A stretch of 20,000 nt of DNA from an uncultured virus (IMG/VR IMGVR_UViG_2881085443_000001) (IMGVR_UViG_2881085443_000001), one strand, 5' to 3'. Positions 1 through 7,447 are shown, numbered from the stretch's first letter. The notes: generated by a model not told the origin, from the letters alone. Translations and numbers: made by a program.

Positions 1-224
1 ACTCTGATAATATCATTTAACCATTCACTATATTCTTCGTCTTCTTTTAAAAAAGTTGGAATTAAAGTTACTGAGTTTTTACTTGGAGTTTCTTTATTAA
101 AAAAACTTAAACGCATTGATGAATTATGTTTTACTAATTCAAAAACAATGTCTTCAGGTAGTTCTTTACCTAATTTGTTTTCTAAATCTTTTTTTACTTC
201 ACATAGAAAAATTTCTTTATTCAT
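1..224 (-). CDS. Hypothetical phage protein (3' end outside window)
   Basis: Manually translated: ATG at 224, open to the window edge (MNKEIFLCEVKKDLENKLGKELPEDIVFELVKHN...), 10 nt downstream of the preceding ORF's stop. Confidence 0.7.
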   Translation of the reverse strand, partial: MNKEIFLCEVKKDLENKLGKELPEDIVFELVKHNSSMRLSFFNKETPSKNSVTLIPTFLKEDEEYSEWLNDIIR

Positions 225-234
225 AATTACATAA

Positions 235-486
235 TTAATTCCATTTGAAATTCATTTGATTTCTTATTTTTTGCTTTACCGATTCGTAGGATTCTTTTAC
301 TGTATAAGTTTCTCCATTAGAAAATACGTCACAATATCCTTTTTCGTCATGAGGTCGTATAGCGGCTATTAAATAAAATGTATGTATCCTAGTGGTACAA
401 TCTTTAATTGGCACTTCCATTCCTGCTTCCTGCTGCGGTATTAATTCCTCTGGAAGCCAAAGAACTTCTAAATCTAATTCTATCAT
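235..486 (-). CDS. Hypothetical phage protein (83 aa)
   Basis: ORF in the tightly packed leftward operon, ATGA overlap with the groES stop. Confidence 0.75.
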   Translation of the reverse strand: MIELDLEVLWLPEELIPQQEAGMEVPIKDCTTRIHTFYLIAAIRPHDEKGYCDVFSNGETYTVKESYESVKQKIRNQMNFKWN

Positions 487-746
487 AATATCAGTTCTAG
501 TTCAGTTTTTTCTTTAAGAAAAATGCAGTTTTTACCTTCGTATTCTATTGTAATTCCGCAATGATCATAGTAGCGAACGGTATCGCCAACTTGTACAGAT
601 TGCACATCTGGACCTACCATGATTACTTTCCCTTCCAGCGGTTTCTTGATCGCTTCGCCCGGCAAAAATATTCCGGAAGCAGTTTGTGTGACAGCTTCCG
701 AAATTTCTACCAAAACTTTGCTGCGGATTAATTGTTTTATTTTCAT
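483..746 (-). CDS. groES: Phage-encoded co-chaperonin GroES/Cpn10 homolog
   Basis: 87 aa with KVLV, mobile loop TASGIFLP, GKVIMVGP, VQVGDTV and IEYEGK, all Cpn10 signatures. Confidence 0.9.
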   Translation of the reverse strand: MKIKQLIRSKVLVEISEAVTQTASGIFLPGEAIKKPLEGKVIMVGPDVQSVQVGDTVRYYDHCGITIEYEGKNCIFLKEKTELELIL

Positions 747-749
747 TGC

Positions 750-1469
750 TTACATTATTACTTCCCTAGTTTGATTTTTATGATTATACACTTTCTCAAT
801 GTTATACATATACAATTTGACGCTAGCTTGACGATCCATCAACATGGGTGCCTGGGAAATTTTACTTTTTAATTTTTCAAAACTGCAAAGTCCTTTCTTT
901 TGCAGTTCCTGGACCGCGCCAATAAGGTTTCTATCTTTAGAAAAACGATACTGTCCAAATAATTCATCTGATAATGTTAGTAAAGCGTCCGTCTCTTCAA
1001 AATACTTACATTCGAATCCACCACTTTGAAACGTTTCAGTTGATTTTACCTTTGGATTATTATACATTAATAAATCAATTGATAATTTAATTGCGATTTT
1101 ATGCTTATTCATTATCTCAATGATTTTCTCGTAATCCGTAATGCCTAATTTTATATAGCAATTTAAGAAGTCATTCGGTTTCCATTTTTCGCCACGGCTA
1201 TTCAATTGAGCGATTTGTTTTAGCGTTAACGTATTGCAAACAACAAAATATACTGGGTTTCCTGTTTGTTTACTTATTTCATATCGGTGCTGGCCGTCTA
1301 TGATACAATACAATCCGTCCTTTTCTGAAACAATTATTGGACAAAAAGGAAGCATATTAAATCCTTGGGTAACATCGTTTATGATTTTTTCAATCTTAGA
1401 TTTACTCAACAATCTATTCCCTGTTATATTTTCAAATAATTCGTAATTTGTTGTTTGCTGGATTTCCAT
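750..1469 (-). CDS. ParB/Srx N-terminal-domain phage protein
   Basis: GNR...PIIV...IIDGQHR motifs and LNSRGEKWKPNDFL, typical of phage ParB-N proteins. Confidence 0.8.
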   Translation of the reverse strand: MEIQQTTNYELFENITGNRLLSKSKIEKIINDVTQGFNMLPFCPIIVSEKDGLYCIIDGQHRYEISKQTGNPVYFVVCNTLTLKQIAQLNSRGEKWKPNDFLNCYIKLGITDYEKIIEIMNKHKIAIKLSIDLLMYNNPKVKSTETFQSGGFECKYFEETDALLTLSDELFGQYRFSKDRNLIGAVQELQKKGLCSFEKLKSKISQAPMLMDRQASVKLYMYNIEKVYNHKNQTREVIM

Positions 1470-1472
1470 TTT

Positions 1473-1688
1473 TTAACTTTTATTATTAACTGAATTTACA
1501 ATTGTGGCAAACACTCCTTTTTTCCAGAACGTAATAGCACCGCCTACAGAAGTCCAGATCCTAGCTTCTTTATCATATTCAAAAGAAGTGATTCCGGTAA
1601 CGTCGATATTCATTTTGTTTGTGATACATTCTACGGTTTTAGCTGTAGCAAAATGTTGTCTTACTGCTTTTCGCGTTGGTCTTTTCAT
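1473..1688 (-). CDS. Hypothetical phage protein (71 aa)
   Basis: Operon packing, 3 nt gap to the downstream gene. Confidence 0.7.
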   Translation of the reverse strand: MKRPTRKAVRQHFATAKTVECITNKMNIDVTGITSFEYDKEARIWTSVGGAITFWKKGVFATIVNSVNNKS

Positions 1689-1819
1689 AGGATTATATAG
1701 TTTCTGTTTTTAATACCGTACCAAATCACATAAGATCCATCGGCTTTATCAATCCTTGGCTTCAACCACGTTTCTACTAAAAAAGCTATTACGATAATAG
1801 CGACTAACAATATTTTCAT
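1685..1819 (-). CDS. Small membrane-anchored protein (44 aa), not in the ORF track
   Basis: MKILLVAIIVIAFLVETWLKPRIDKADGSYVIWYGIKNRNYIIL*; fills the gap, ATGA overlap with the next gene. Confidence 0.65.
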   Translation of the reverse strand: MKILLVAIIVIAFLVETWLKPRIDKADGSYVIWYGIKNRNYIIL

Positions 1820-1822
1820 AGT

Positions 1823-2275
1823 TTATAGAATTAACAGAAAAGCGTCGCGCTGTTCCTGATTGGATTTTTTAGGGAAACCGGGAGCGATCATTTCAATTTC
1901 CTTGTGGGTAATTTTGCCGTTTGCTCCTTTCCAGTGTTTTTTTAGTGGCTTAACCTGAACAAAAGGAATGTCTTTATGAATACACATTTCTACAATCTTT
2001 CGGCCTACTTCGTGATTGGCTCCGGTTTTAGAGCCAATTCTGGAAGCAACACCAGTTCCCATATTATTGCTATGCCAATTGGTTTTTTTGATCAACCAGG
2101 AAGCCTCTATTCGAACTTCCTTTATGAATTCCTTATGGAGTTCTAAGTAGTCGAATAGTTCAAAAAAAGTTAATGTTTTCAATTCGAAAGTTTTCGTTTT
2201 CTTATCGATGCAGGCGACTCCTGATTTACTAACATCAGGATCAATTCCTATCACTAAATTTTGTAGGCTGTTCAT
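1823..2275 (-). CDS. RuvC-like (RNase H fold) Holliday junction resolvase/nuclease
   Basis: N-terminal VIGIDPD..KSGVA, VRIEA glutamate and C-terminal EQRDA acidic motif. Confidence 0.8.
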   Translation of the reverse strand: MNSLQNLVIGIDPDVSKSGVACIDKKTKTFELKTLTFFELFDYLELHKEFIKEVRIEASWLIKKTNWHSNNMGTGVASRIGSKTGANHEVGRKIVEMCIHKDIPFVQVKPLKKHWKGANGKITHKEIEMIAPGFPKKSNQEQRDAFLLIL

Positions 2276-2278
2276 GGG

Positions 2279-2425
2279 TTATTTTACTGTTGTGGTTTCT
2301 TTATAAATTGAAATCCCTAGAAATCGTATTGTAATTTCTTTTTTTGAGAAGTTCGTACAGCCTGTACCATCGTTATAATCTGGTGTTAAAACTACTGTCT
2401 TAGTAATCATTGCTAATTTTTTCAT
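2279..2425 (-). CDS. Small hypothetical protein (48 aa), not in the ORF track
   Basis: MKKLAMITKTVVLTPDYNDGTGCTNFSKKEITIRFLGISIYKETTTVK*; fills the operon gap. Confidence 0.6.
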   Translation of the reverse strand: MKKLAMITKTVVLTPDYNDGTGCTNFSKKEITIRFLGISIYKETTTVK

Positions 2426-2440
2426 AATGAGTTATTTTTT

Positions 2441-3109
2441 TTAGTTTCCTTCTTCGTTTCTGATATTCACATCATCGAGCATAATTTGTCTGCCAATGTA
2501 TTTTGTAGGATCCGCATTATACTCGTCATAAATGGAGTTGAGGTAGAAAAATTCGTGCGGTAATGATTTAGCCATTCTGGAAACAAAACCGTCAATTGCA
2601 TTGAATATATTAGTCAACATTTGTGGATCAGCACCATAAACCTGACTCAAATGTTTATTGGCTTTACGCTCTAAACCTTTGTTCGCTTTTTTAAGCAGGT
2701 TGTTTAAGTACGGATCATGCTCTACCGTTTCAATAAGATTGTCATTAGCTTCTACAGCAAGTTGGTTGTAGATAAGTGATTTTAAGACGTTGTTTTTATA
2801 CGCCATCACTTCTTCTGTATATACTTTTTCTTTCCAGGAATCGTCGCCAGCAGCATAGAATTTCCAGGTCCCGTTAGCTACTTCAAAAGAAAGCATAGCA
2901 GCCGGACAAGTGGTTAATTGGTTTCCTTCAATCAATGAAAGATACACGGAGGTTAAATCTTTTTTGGCTATTTTGTAATAGTTGCCGTTTGGGTGGCCTA
3001 CTACTCCCTGGTACATTTCTTCAATAGTGTACACTGGTTTTTCTGGAACAAAAGAAAGTACGTCTTTAGTACTTAAATCTTTTGTGCTTGCGCTTGTGTT
3101 GTTCTTCAT
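2441..3109 (-). CDS. Hypothetical phage protein (222 aa)
   Basis: Long ORF in the operon; no recognised motif. Confidence 0.8.
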   Translation of the reverse strand: MKNNTSASTKDLSTKDVLSFVPEKPVYTIEEMYQGVVGHPNGNYYKIAKKDLTSVYLSLIEGNQLTTCPAAMLSFEVANGTWKFYAAGDDSWKEKVYTEEVMAYKNNVLKSLIYNQLAVEANDNLIETVEHDPYLNNLLKKANKGLERKANKHLSQVYGADPQMLTNIFNAIDGFVSRMAKSLPHEFFYLNSIYDEYNADPTKYIGRQIMLDDVNIRNEEGN

Positions 3110-3314
3110 TTACTCGTTTTTTTGGTTTAACTGTTTTACTTTCCCTTGTATTCCTTTTACTTTTACCGATGTGAAACCGGCCACATATTTTACATTTGTA
3201 AATTTCAGAAGCTCCATCTGAATGCTCATTCTGTAAAAAATAGTTTGCTGATAACTTTGTTTTGTGCTGCGTCTTTCCGGCGCAACCTTTCATAAAGCTA
3301 TTAGTACATGCCAT
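3066..3314 (-). CDS. Small basic Zn-finger-like phage protein
   Basis: C..K..H and YKCKICGRFHIG motif, basic C-terminal tail. Confidence 0.7.
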   Translation of the reverse strand: MACTNSFMKGCAGKTQHKTKLSANYFLQNEHSDGASEIYKCKICGRFHIGKSKRNTRESKTVKPKKRVNEEQHKRKHKRFKY

Positions 3315-3319
3315 TGTTC

Positions 3320-3622
3320 TTAATTTTGATTCTTATTTAAATCGTGCCATAAAGCCTCTACAGTGATTATTAATTCCTCTCCGATCTTACCAAAGTTCAT
3401 TTCAAAACAATAGTGTTCTATCATACAGAAACCGTCTTGTTTAGGAAAATGAGTTTGTAGAAAACTAATAATAGCTTTTATCAGAATGCTATTATCATAA
3501 GGGTTCATTCCATCGGAATTAAATATTTCAGCTAAAGTGACAGCGTTATTCCTGTCTTTAAGTATTTGTAACCTAATAGCCTCTATTAATAGAATAAAAC
3601 TATCTATTGTAATTCCTACCAT
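3320..3622 (-). CDS. Hypothetical phage protein (100 aa), first gene of the leftward operon
   Basis: Follows the predicted promoter at 3648-3655; IEHYCFEMNFG motif. Confidence 0.75.
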   Translation of the reverse strand: MVGITIDSFILLIEAIRLQILKDRNNAVTLAEIFNSDGMNPYDNSILIKAIISFLQTHFPKQDGFCMIEHYCFEMNFGKIGEELIITVEALWHDLNKNQN

Positions 3623-3647
3623 TTGTTTTTTTCGTTTTAAGCTTTTA

Positions 3648-3655
3648 CAAATATA
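3648..3655 (-). promoter_or_regulatory. Leftward promoter -7 element (TATATTTG)
   Basis: Matches the Bacteroidota sigma-A -7 consensus TAnnTTTG, 25 nt upstream of the ATG at 3622. Confidence 0.7.
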
Positions 3656-3661
3656 ATTATT

Positions 3662-3678
3662 TTATACTAATAGTGTAA
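3662..3678. promoter_or_regulatory. Operator family A site (TTATACTA-A-TAGTGTAA)
   Basis: 17-bp palindrome with 1 mismatch, just upstream of the -7 box; related copies at 4684, 4733, 7325, 10698 and 10763. Confidence 0.6.
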
Positions 3679-3693
3679 TAATTTGTTACCAAA

Positions 3694-3732
3694 TTACCAA
3701 CCAGTGGTAATATAGTTACCACCCAGTGGTAA
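3694..3732. promoter_or_regulatory. Two tandem 17-bp palindromic operators, family B (TTACCA-N5-TGGTAA)
   Basis: TTACCAACCAGTGGTAA at 3694-3710 and TTACCACCCAGTGGTAA at 3716-3732, 22-bp period; extra half site TTACCA at 3686-3691. Confidence 0.7.
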
Positions 3733-4728
3733 TATCAAATGACAAATTAAATTATAACTTATTGAATAATAATAATATACATGTCAAAACAACCAAATAA
3801 ACTCCATAGTAATTACTTTGAGTAACTTAGTATTATTGTAATAAACAAATAAATAATCAATTTTAACATTTATTAATTAATAGTTTATTGTTAATGTGTT
3901 GATTGTTAGTATATTATAAATATTAATATTTTAGTATTATTCTTATATTTTATATATGATTGATTTGTAGGGAGGGTATAGGGGTACGGAGGCGTTGCGA
4001 AAAAAAAGGAAACCGGATTTATTTCGGGTATGGGGTGCGTTTTTTCCCCGGATCGCTACAATTTTTCGACTTTTTTATTCCTGCTGTTACGACTGGTTTT
4101 TTGCGTACTACTACATACTTAATCCTAGTTAGGTCACATTAATACTTCGTTAACACCTATCAATTAAGGAACTAGCAATATTATACTGTAATTATCCCGA
4201 CAATCGACACGACAACTACAAAAATCTATGTAATTAATCAATAAATTATAATCTCAACCCTCTGAGCTTTCGATATTTCAAAATTAATTGGCATTGGTAC
4301 GGTATAATTAAACCATAACATCAGTAAAAGCGCTGATTCTACTGACTTACAAGCGAATCCAGTACCATTACAATATCACCCTATAAAACAAAATAGCATC
4401 TAAATAATAAATTCAACAATTAAATCAATTAAGCAATCAAAAAAGCAATCAAATAAACAGTATTAAAACAATCTAATTAAATATGATATAAGTATAAATT
4501 AATAGATCACATTAATATCTAATGAAGGAATAAATATAAAACTTAACACCTGGTAAAACATTATATAAGTATAACATATTGATATTAATATAAAGGAATA
4601 AGCGACGATAAAATAATCTAGTAATATAATACGATAGCAGCAAAAACAAGGCTTTAAAACCAACTATAAATAAAAGCAATAGTTTTTCTTATTAGTATAA
4701 ATATTTCGTATCAAATTAATAGTATCAA

Positions 4729-4762
4729 TTTGTTATACTAATGATATAAAGTCCTATATTTG
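4729..4762 (+). promoter_or_regulatory. Rightward early promoter (TTTG ... TATATTTG) with an operator A site in the spacer
   Basis: TTTG at 4729-4732 and TATATTTG at 4755-4762 (spacer 22 nt, slightly long); TTATACTAATGATATAA at 4733-4749. Confidence 0.7.
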
Positions 4763-4766
4763 TAGG

Positions 4767-4800
4767 GTACTAAAGAAGTACAAAAAAGCTCATTGAAATA
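4767..4800 (+). promoter_or_regulatory. Putative boxB-like hairpin plus boxA-like antitermination site
   Basis: GTACT-AAAGA-AGTAC hairpin at the predicted 5' end, followed by GCTCATTGAAA, which resembles boxA (GCTCTTTAACA type). Confidence 0.45.
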
Positions 4801-4812
4801 TCGAATAAAAAA

Positions 4813-4862
4813 TAACGGTTTACAATATGATTGTACTAGGTCGAGCGAAACGGCAGCCGCTA
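4813..4862 (+). ncRNA. tRNA-like T-loop element 1
   Basis: P1 CGGTT/AGCCG, P2 TACAAT/ATTGTA, P3 GTCG-AGCGAAA-CGGC stacked directly on P1. Confidence 0.5.
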
Positions 4863-4884
4863 ACTAATTATAAAAACTAATCCA

Positions 4885-5103
4885 ATGAAAAAGTTAACAA
4901 CACATTACATAATATTAATACTTATAGCTTCTTACTTCATGTTTAACGGTTGTATTAATAGAACGCCAGCGAACGACTGGAAAGCATACGCCAACGATTT
5001 ACAAAGCGAAGGTTGGAGTATTGAAGCAGCGGAACACATTGCAAAGGTAGAGTTTAAGATCCTGCCAATTGACGAAGAATACACCGCATATATTGAAGAC
5101 TAA
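4885..5103 (+). CDS. Small exported/lipoprotein-like protein (72 aa), first early gene
   Basis: MKK + hydrophobic stretch + FNGC (imperfect lipobox). Confidence 0.7.
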   Translation: MKKLTTHYIILILIASYFMFNGCINRTPANDWKAYANDLQSEGWSIEAAEHIAKVEFKILPIDEEYTAYIED

Positions 5104-5150
5104 AAACAATAACAAAACAAATATTTAAAAATCATAAAAAAAACAAAGCC

Positions 5151-5279
5151 ATGAACACAAGCAACACTCCGCCAGTAGAAGACAAAACAAAAGAAATTTT
5201 AGGAAAAGTAATTTTTTGGACAGTAGTAACAATTATAATAGTATTTATTTATTCAAGTACTCCGCTACGTTACAGATAA
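5151..5279 (+). CDS. Small single-TM peptide (42 aa), not in the ORF track
   Basis: MNTSNTPPVEDKTKEILGKVIFWTVVTIIIVFIYSSTPLRYR*; A-rich leader aaagccATG shared with other early genes. Confidence 0.6.
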   Translation: MNTSNTPPVEDKTKEILGKVIFWTVVTIIIVFIYSSTPLRYR

Positions 5280-5330
5280 AATCATAAAACCAACAAATAA
5301 AACATTTAAAAACTTATAAAAATTTATATC

Positions 5331-5876
5331 ATGGAAAACACTGCAAAATTATTCGTAACAGATTACGCTAGTTATAACGAAGGAAAACAATTTGAGTTTG
5401 GTTATTGGGTTGAGTTAAACGATTTTAACGATGCTGAAGAATTCAATACATACATAACAACACATTTTAATAATGTTGTAGGATTACAAGACTTTGAGCC
5501 AATGTACACCGATTTCGAGGGGTTTCCTGATTCATTATATAGTGAGTCTATGAGTGAATCAGAACTTGAAAAAATATTTAAATATATAGAACTGGATTAC
5601 GAAAATAAAGACGACAGCGAAAAAGTTTCTTTATGGAATGAGTATTGTTCGGAGCAAAGGAATGAAGACGAAATACATAATTTCGACGATGATTTTTTTG
5701 ATATTTTTTTTGAAGGTAAACCAATGGAAGCAGCAAAGGCAGCGAGTTTTGGCGATGTTAATTGGTCAGATGATTATATAAGTTTTGACGGTTACGGGAA
5801 CTTAAAAAGCTTGTCAAATCCTATTCACGCAATTGACGAAAACGCACTAATTGAGTGGTTAATTGAAAATTTATAA
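5331..5876 (+). CDS. ardA: ArdA-like antirestriction DNA-mimic protein
   Basis: N-terminal LFVTDYASYNEG...G.WVEL.DF.D.EEF...EPMYTDFEGFP matches ArdA domain 1; about 43 D/E versus about 10 K/R in 181 aa (hand count). Confidence 0.8.
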   Translation: MENTAKLFVTDYASYNEGKQFEFGYWVELNDFNDAEEFNTYITTHFNNVVGLQDFEPMYTDFEGFPDSLYSESMSESELEKIFKYIELDYENKDDSEKVSLWNEYCSEQRNEDEIHNFDDDFFDIFFEGKPMEAAKAASFGDVNWSDDYISFDGYGNLKSLSNPIHAIDENALIEWLIENL

Positions 5877-5887
5877 TCTATTACAAC

Positions 5888-5934
5888 GCCTTCGCAAAGA
5901 AATGGTTTTCGGTTCGATACCGACGAAGGCACAA
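5888..5934 (+). ncRNA. tRNA-like minihelix, element 2
   Basis: 7-bp stem GCCTTCG/CGAAGGC plus T-arm TCGG-TTCGATA-CCGA (GGTTCGATACC); no D or anticodon arm. Confidence 0.55.
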
Positions 5935-5970
5935 ATTTAAAACTAATTATTTAATCTAAAAACTTATATC

Positions 5971-6525
5971 ATGGCTAACAATTGTATGAATTACATCACT
6001 ATCAACGGAAATGATAATGATATTAAAGAGTTTTCACAACTTTTAAAAATAGACGAACAACAACCAAACGGTTATGACATTTACGAAAACTTATGTAATG
6101 AGTTTGGGAAATCTGAAAATGACGGAAGATGGTTTGATATTCAATTAGTAGAACAAGACAAAAATACTATTGTTATATCTGGAGATAGTGCCTGGTGTCC
6201 TTGTCTTGAATTATTTACAAAAATAAGCGGCAAATATACATCATTAGAAATTCATTATGAATACGAAGAAAGCGGATGTGATTTTGCAGGTTTTGCAGAA
6301 ATAAACGAAGGTAATTGCGATGATAATTGTTTTGGATATTGGGAAGGAAAAGCAAAAAATGACTATGAATACGCTTTTCAAACTGCTTTTGAAGATATAG
6401 AATATTACTACGAAGAAGATAGCGAAGAAGATTTTATATATAGTTCTATGTATAAAGCATTTGAACCAAAAGAACAAGCGGAACTTTTAGAGGAATTTAG
6501 AAATAAATTAATCGAGCAAAACTAA
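5971..6525 (+). CDS. DUF1281/YubB-like ferredoxin-fold acidic protein
   Basis: MANNCMNYITING start and DSAWCP...L...IS.KY..LEI...YEESGCDFAG motif; very acidic. Confidence 0.72.
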   Translation: MANNCMNYITINGNDNDIKEFSQLLKIDEQQPNGYDIYENLCNEFGKSENDGRWFDIQLVEQDKNTIVISGDSAWCPCLELFTKISGKYTSLEIHYEYEESGCDFAGFAEINEGNCDDNCFGYWEGKAKNDYEYAFQTAFEDIEYYYEEDSEEDFIYSSMYKAFEPKEQAELLEEFRNKLIEQN

Positions 6526-6617
6526 TGAAGAAGCAACCCAACACAACAGAAAACCGATGTAAGATAATTTTATCGGTTTTCTTTCTCCTGATTACTTCAA
6601 TTATTATTCAACTTTAA
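6525..6617 (+). CDS. Possible tiny TM peptide (30 aa)
   Basis: TAATG overlap; MKKQPNTTENRCKIILSVFFLLITSIIIQL*; overlaps a terminator-like hairpin, so uncertain. Confidence 0.35.
   Translation: MKKQPNTTENRCKIILSVFFLLITSIIIQL
6548..6586 (+). terminator. Intrinsic terminator-like hairpin within the early operon
   Basis: AGAAAACCGAT (6548-6558) / ATCGGTTTTCT (6572-6582), then TTCT. Confidence 0.5.
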
Positions 6618-6628
6618 AAAATACGATT

Positions 6629-6793
6629 ATGAATATATATTATAGCATCCGAGTAATGAAAGCAAAGACCGAAGAAAAAGCCAGAAAAAAAATGTGTGAT
6701 GATAATTTTTTTGAAGATCACGAATTATGCGACGTGATTCTCTCAGAACAAGAGCTGAAAGACTATTTAAAGAATAAAAATAAAAAGCCATGA
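6629..6793 (+). CDS. Small hypothetical protein (54 aa), not in the ORF track
   Basis: MNIYYSIRVMKAKTEEKARKKMCDDNFFEDHELCDVILSEQELKDYLKNKNKKP*; ATGA overlap with the next gene. Confidence 0.6.
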   Translation: MNIYYSIRVMKAKTEEKARKKMCDDNFFEDHELCDVILSEQELKDYLKNKNKKP

Positions 6794-6969
6794 AAAAAGC
6801 AATTATTATTATTTGGACATTCCTAACAATTGTTTTATTAATACTCGGAATTTACGGCTATTACATACAAAACAAAATAATTGATATTGAAAAACGGGCC
6901 TATCAAAAACTGACAGAAGAAAACAAAGATCTAATTGAATTTATAATATTTGGCGAAAGTCAAGAGTAA
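6790..6969 (+). CDS. Small membrane-anchored protein (59 aa), not in the ORF track
   Basis: MKKAIIIIWTFLTIVLLILGIYGYYIQNKIIDIEK...DLIEFIIFGESQE*. Confidence 0.65.
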   Translation: MKKAIIIIWTFLTIVLLILGIYGYYIQNKIIDIEKRAYQKLTEENKDLIEFIIFGESQE

Positions 6970-6981
6970 AAAAATAAAACC

Positions 6982-7212
6982 ATGAATCAAGCGCAAAAAA
7001 AAGAATCTCTTACTAAATTTTTAAGAGTTTCAGACAAAAATCAAAAGTATTTTATTACTACGGATCAAATAACAGGCAAACGTTTTGCAGTTGCAGAATT
7101 CGGAGAACCGGGAGAAGTAAACATCAAAAGTAATTTTATGAAATTCAAAGAAATGGAATGCTTTTTATTTGGAGTAAACGCAGTAAAAAACAATACTTTA
7201 AAAATAAACTAA
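6982..7212 (+). CDS. Hypothetical early protein (76 aa)
   Basis: ORF track; A-rich leader; operon packing. Confidence 0.75.
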   Translation: MNQAQKKESLTKFLRVSDKNQKYFITTDQITGKRFAVAEFGEPGEVNIKSNFMKFKEMECFLFGVNAVKNNTLKIN

Positions 7213-7224
7213 AAATCATATCTA

Positions 7225-7296
7225 ATGAAAAACTTTAGAGATCAAATCGAGAATTTTATAATCAGATTAACAAAAATGTTATTCTCACAAGTATAA
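7225..7296 (+). CDS. Possible tiny peptide (23 aa)
   Basis: MKNFRDQIENFIIRLTKMLFSQV*; 12 nt after the previous stop. Confidence 0.4.
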   Translation: MKNFRDQIENFIIRLTKMLFSQV

Positions 7297-7345
7297 AAAA
7301 ATTAACTATTTTAATACAAATAATTTTTACTAATAAGAAAAATTT

Positions 7346-7435
7346 ATGGAATTATCAGAACGAATAAAATACAATATAGGCGCCGGACTACTTTTTTTAT
7401 TAGCAGCGTCCGGCATGTACTTAGCATCATATTAA
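7346..7435 (+). CDS. Tiny TM peptide (29 aa)
   Basis: MELSERIKYNIGAGLLFLLAASGMYLASY*. Confidence 0.45.
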   Translation: MELSERIKYNIGAGLLFLLAASGMYLASY

Positions 7436-7447
7436 CACTAAAAAAAA

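Noticed and set aside
750..1469. Phage ParB-N protein as the missing PRTRC ParB
   Set aside because: It belongs to a different element about 14 kb away, is short, and has phage-type architecture.
3686..3735. CRISPR array or mini-array
   Set aside because: Only two 20-bp copies separated by 2 nt, no spacers and no cas genes; no CRISPR array seen anywhere in the window.
3960..4142. 60-aa + strand ORF in the track
   Set aside because: TTG start, homopolymer-driven composition, lies on the GC-rich island upstream of the predicted promoter; probably non-coding.
4813..4862. Hammerhead ribozyme (CGAAAC present)
   Set aside because: No CUGANGA core in the three-way junction.
5888..5934. Complete tRNA gene
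   Set aside because: Only about 45 nt with no D arm or anticodon arm; kept as a tRNA-like element instead.
7382..7414. GCCGGAC/GTCCGGC stem as a fourth tRNA-like element
   Set aside because: No NNCGAWA arm inside, and it lies within a plausible micro-ORF.
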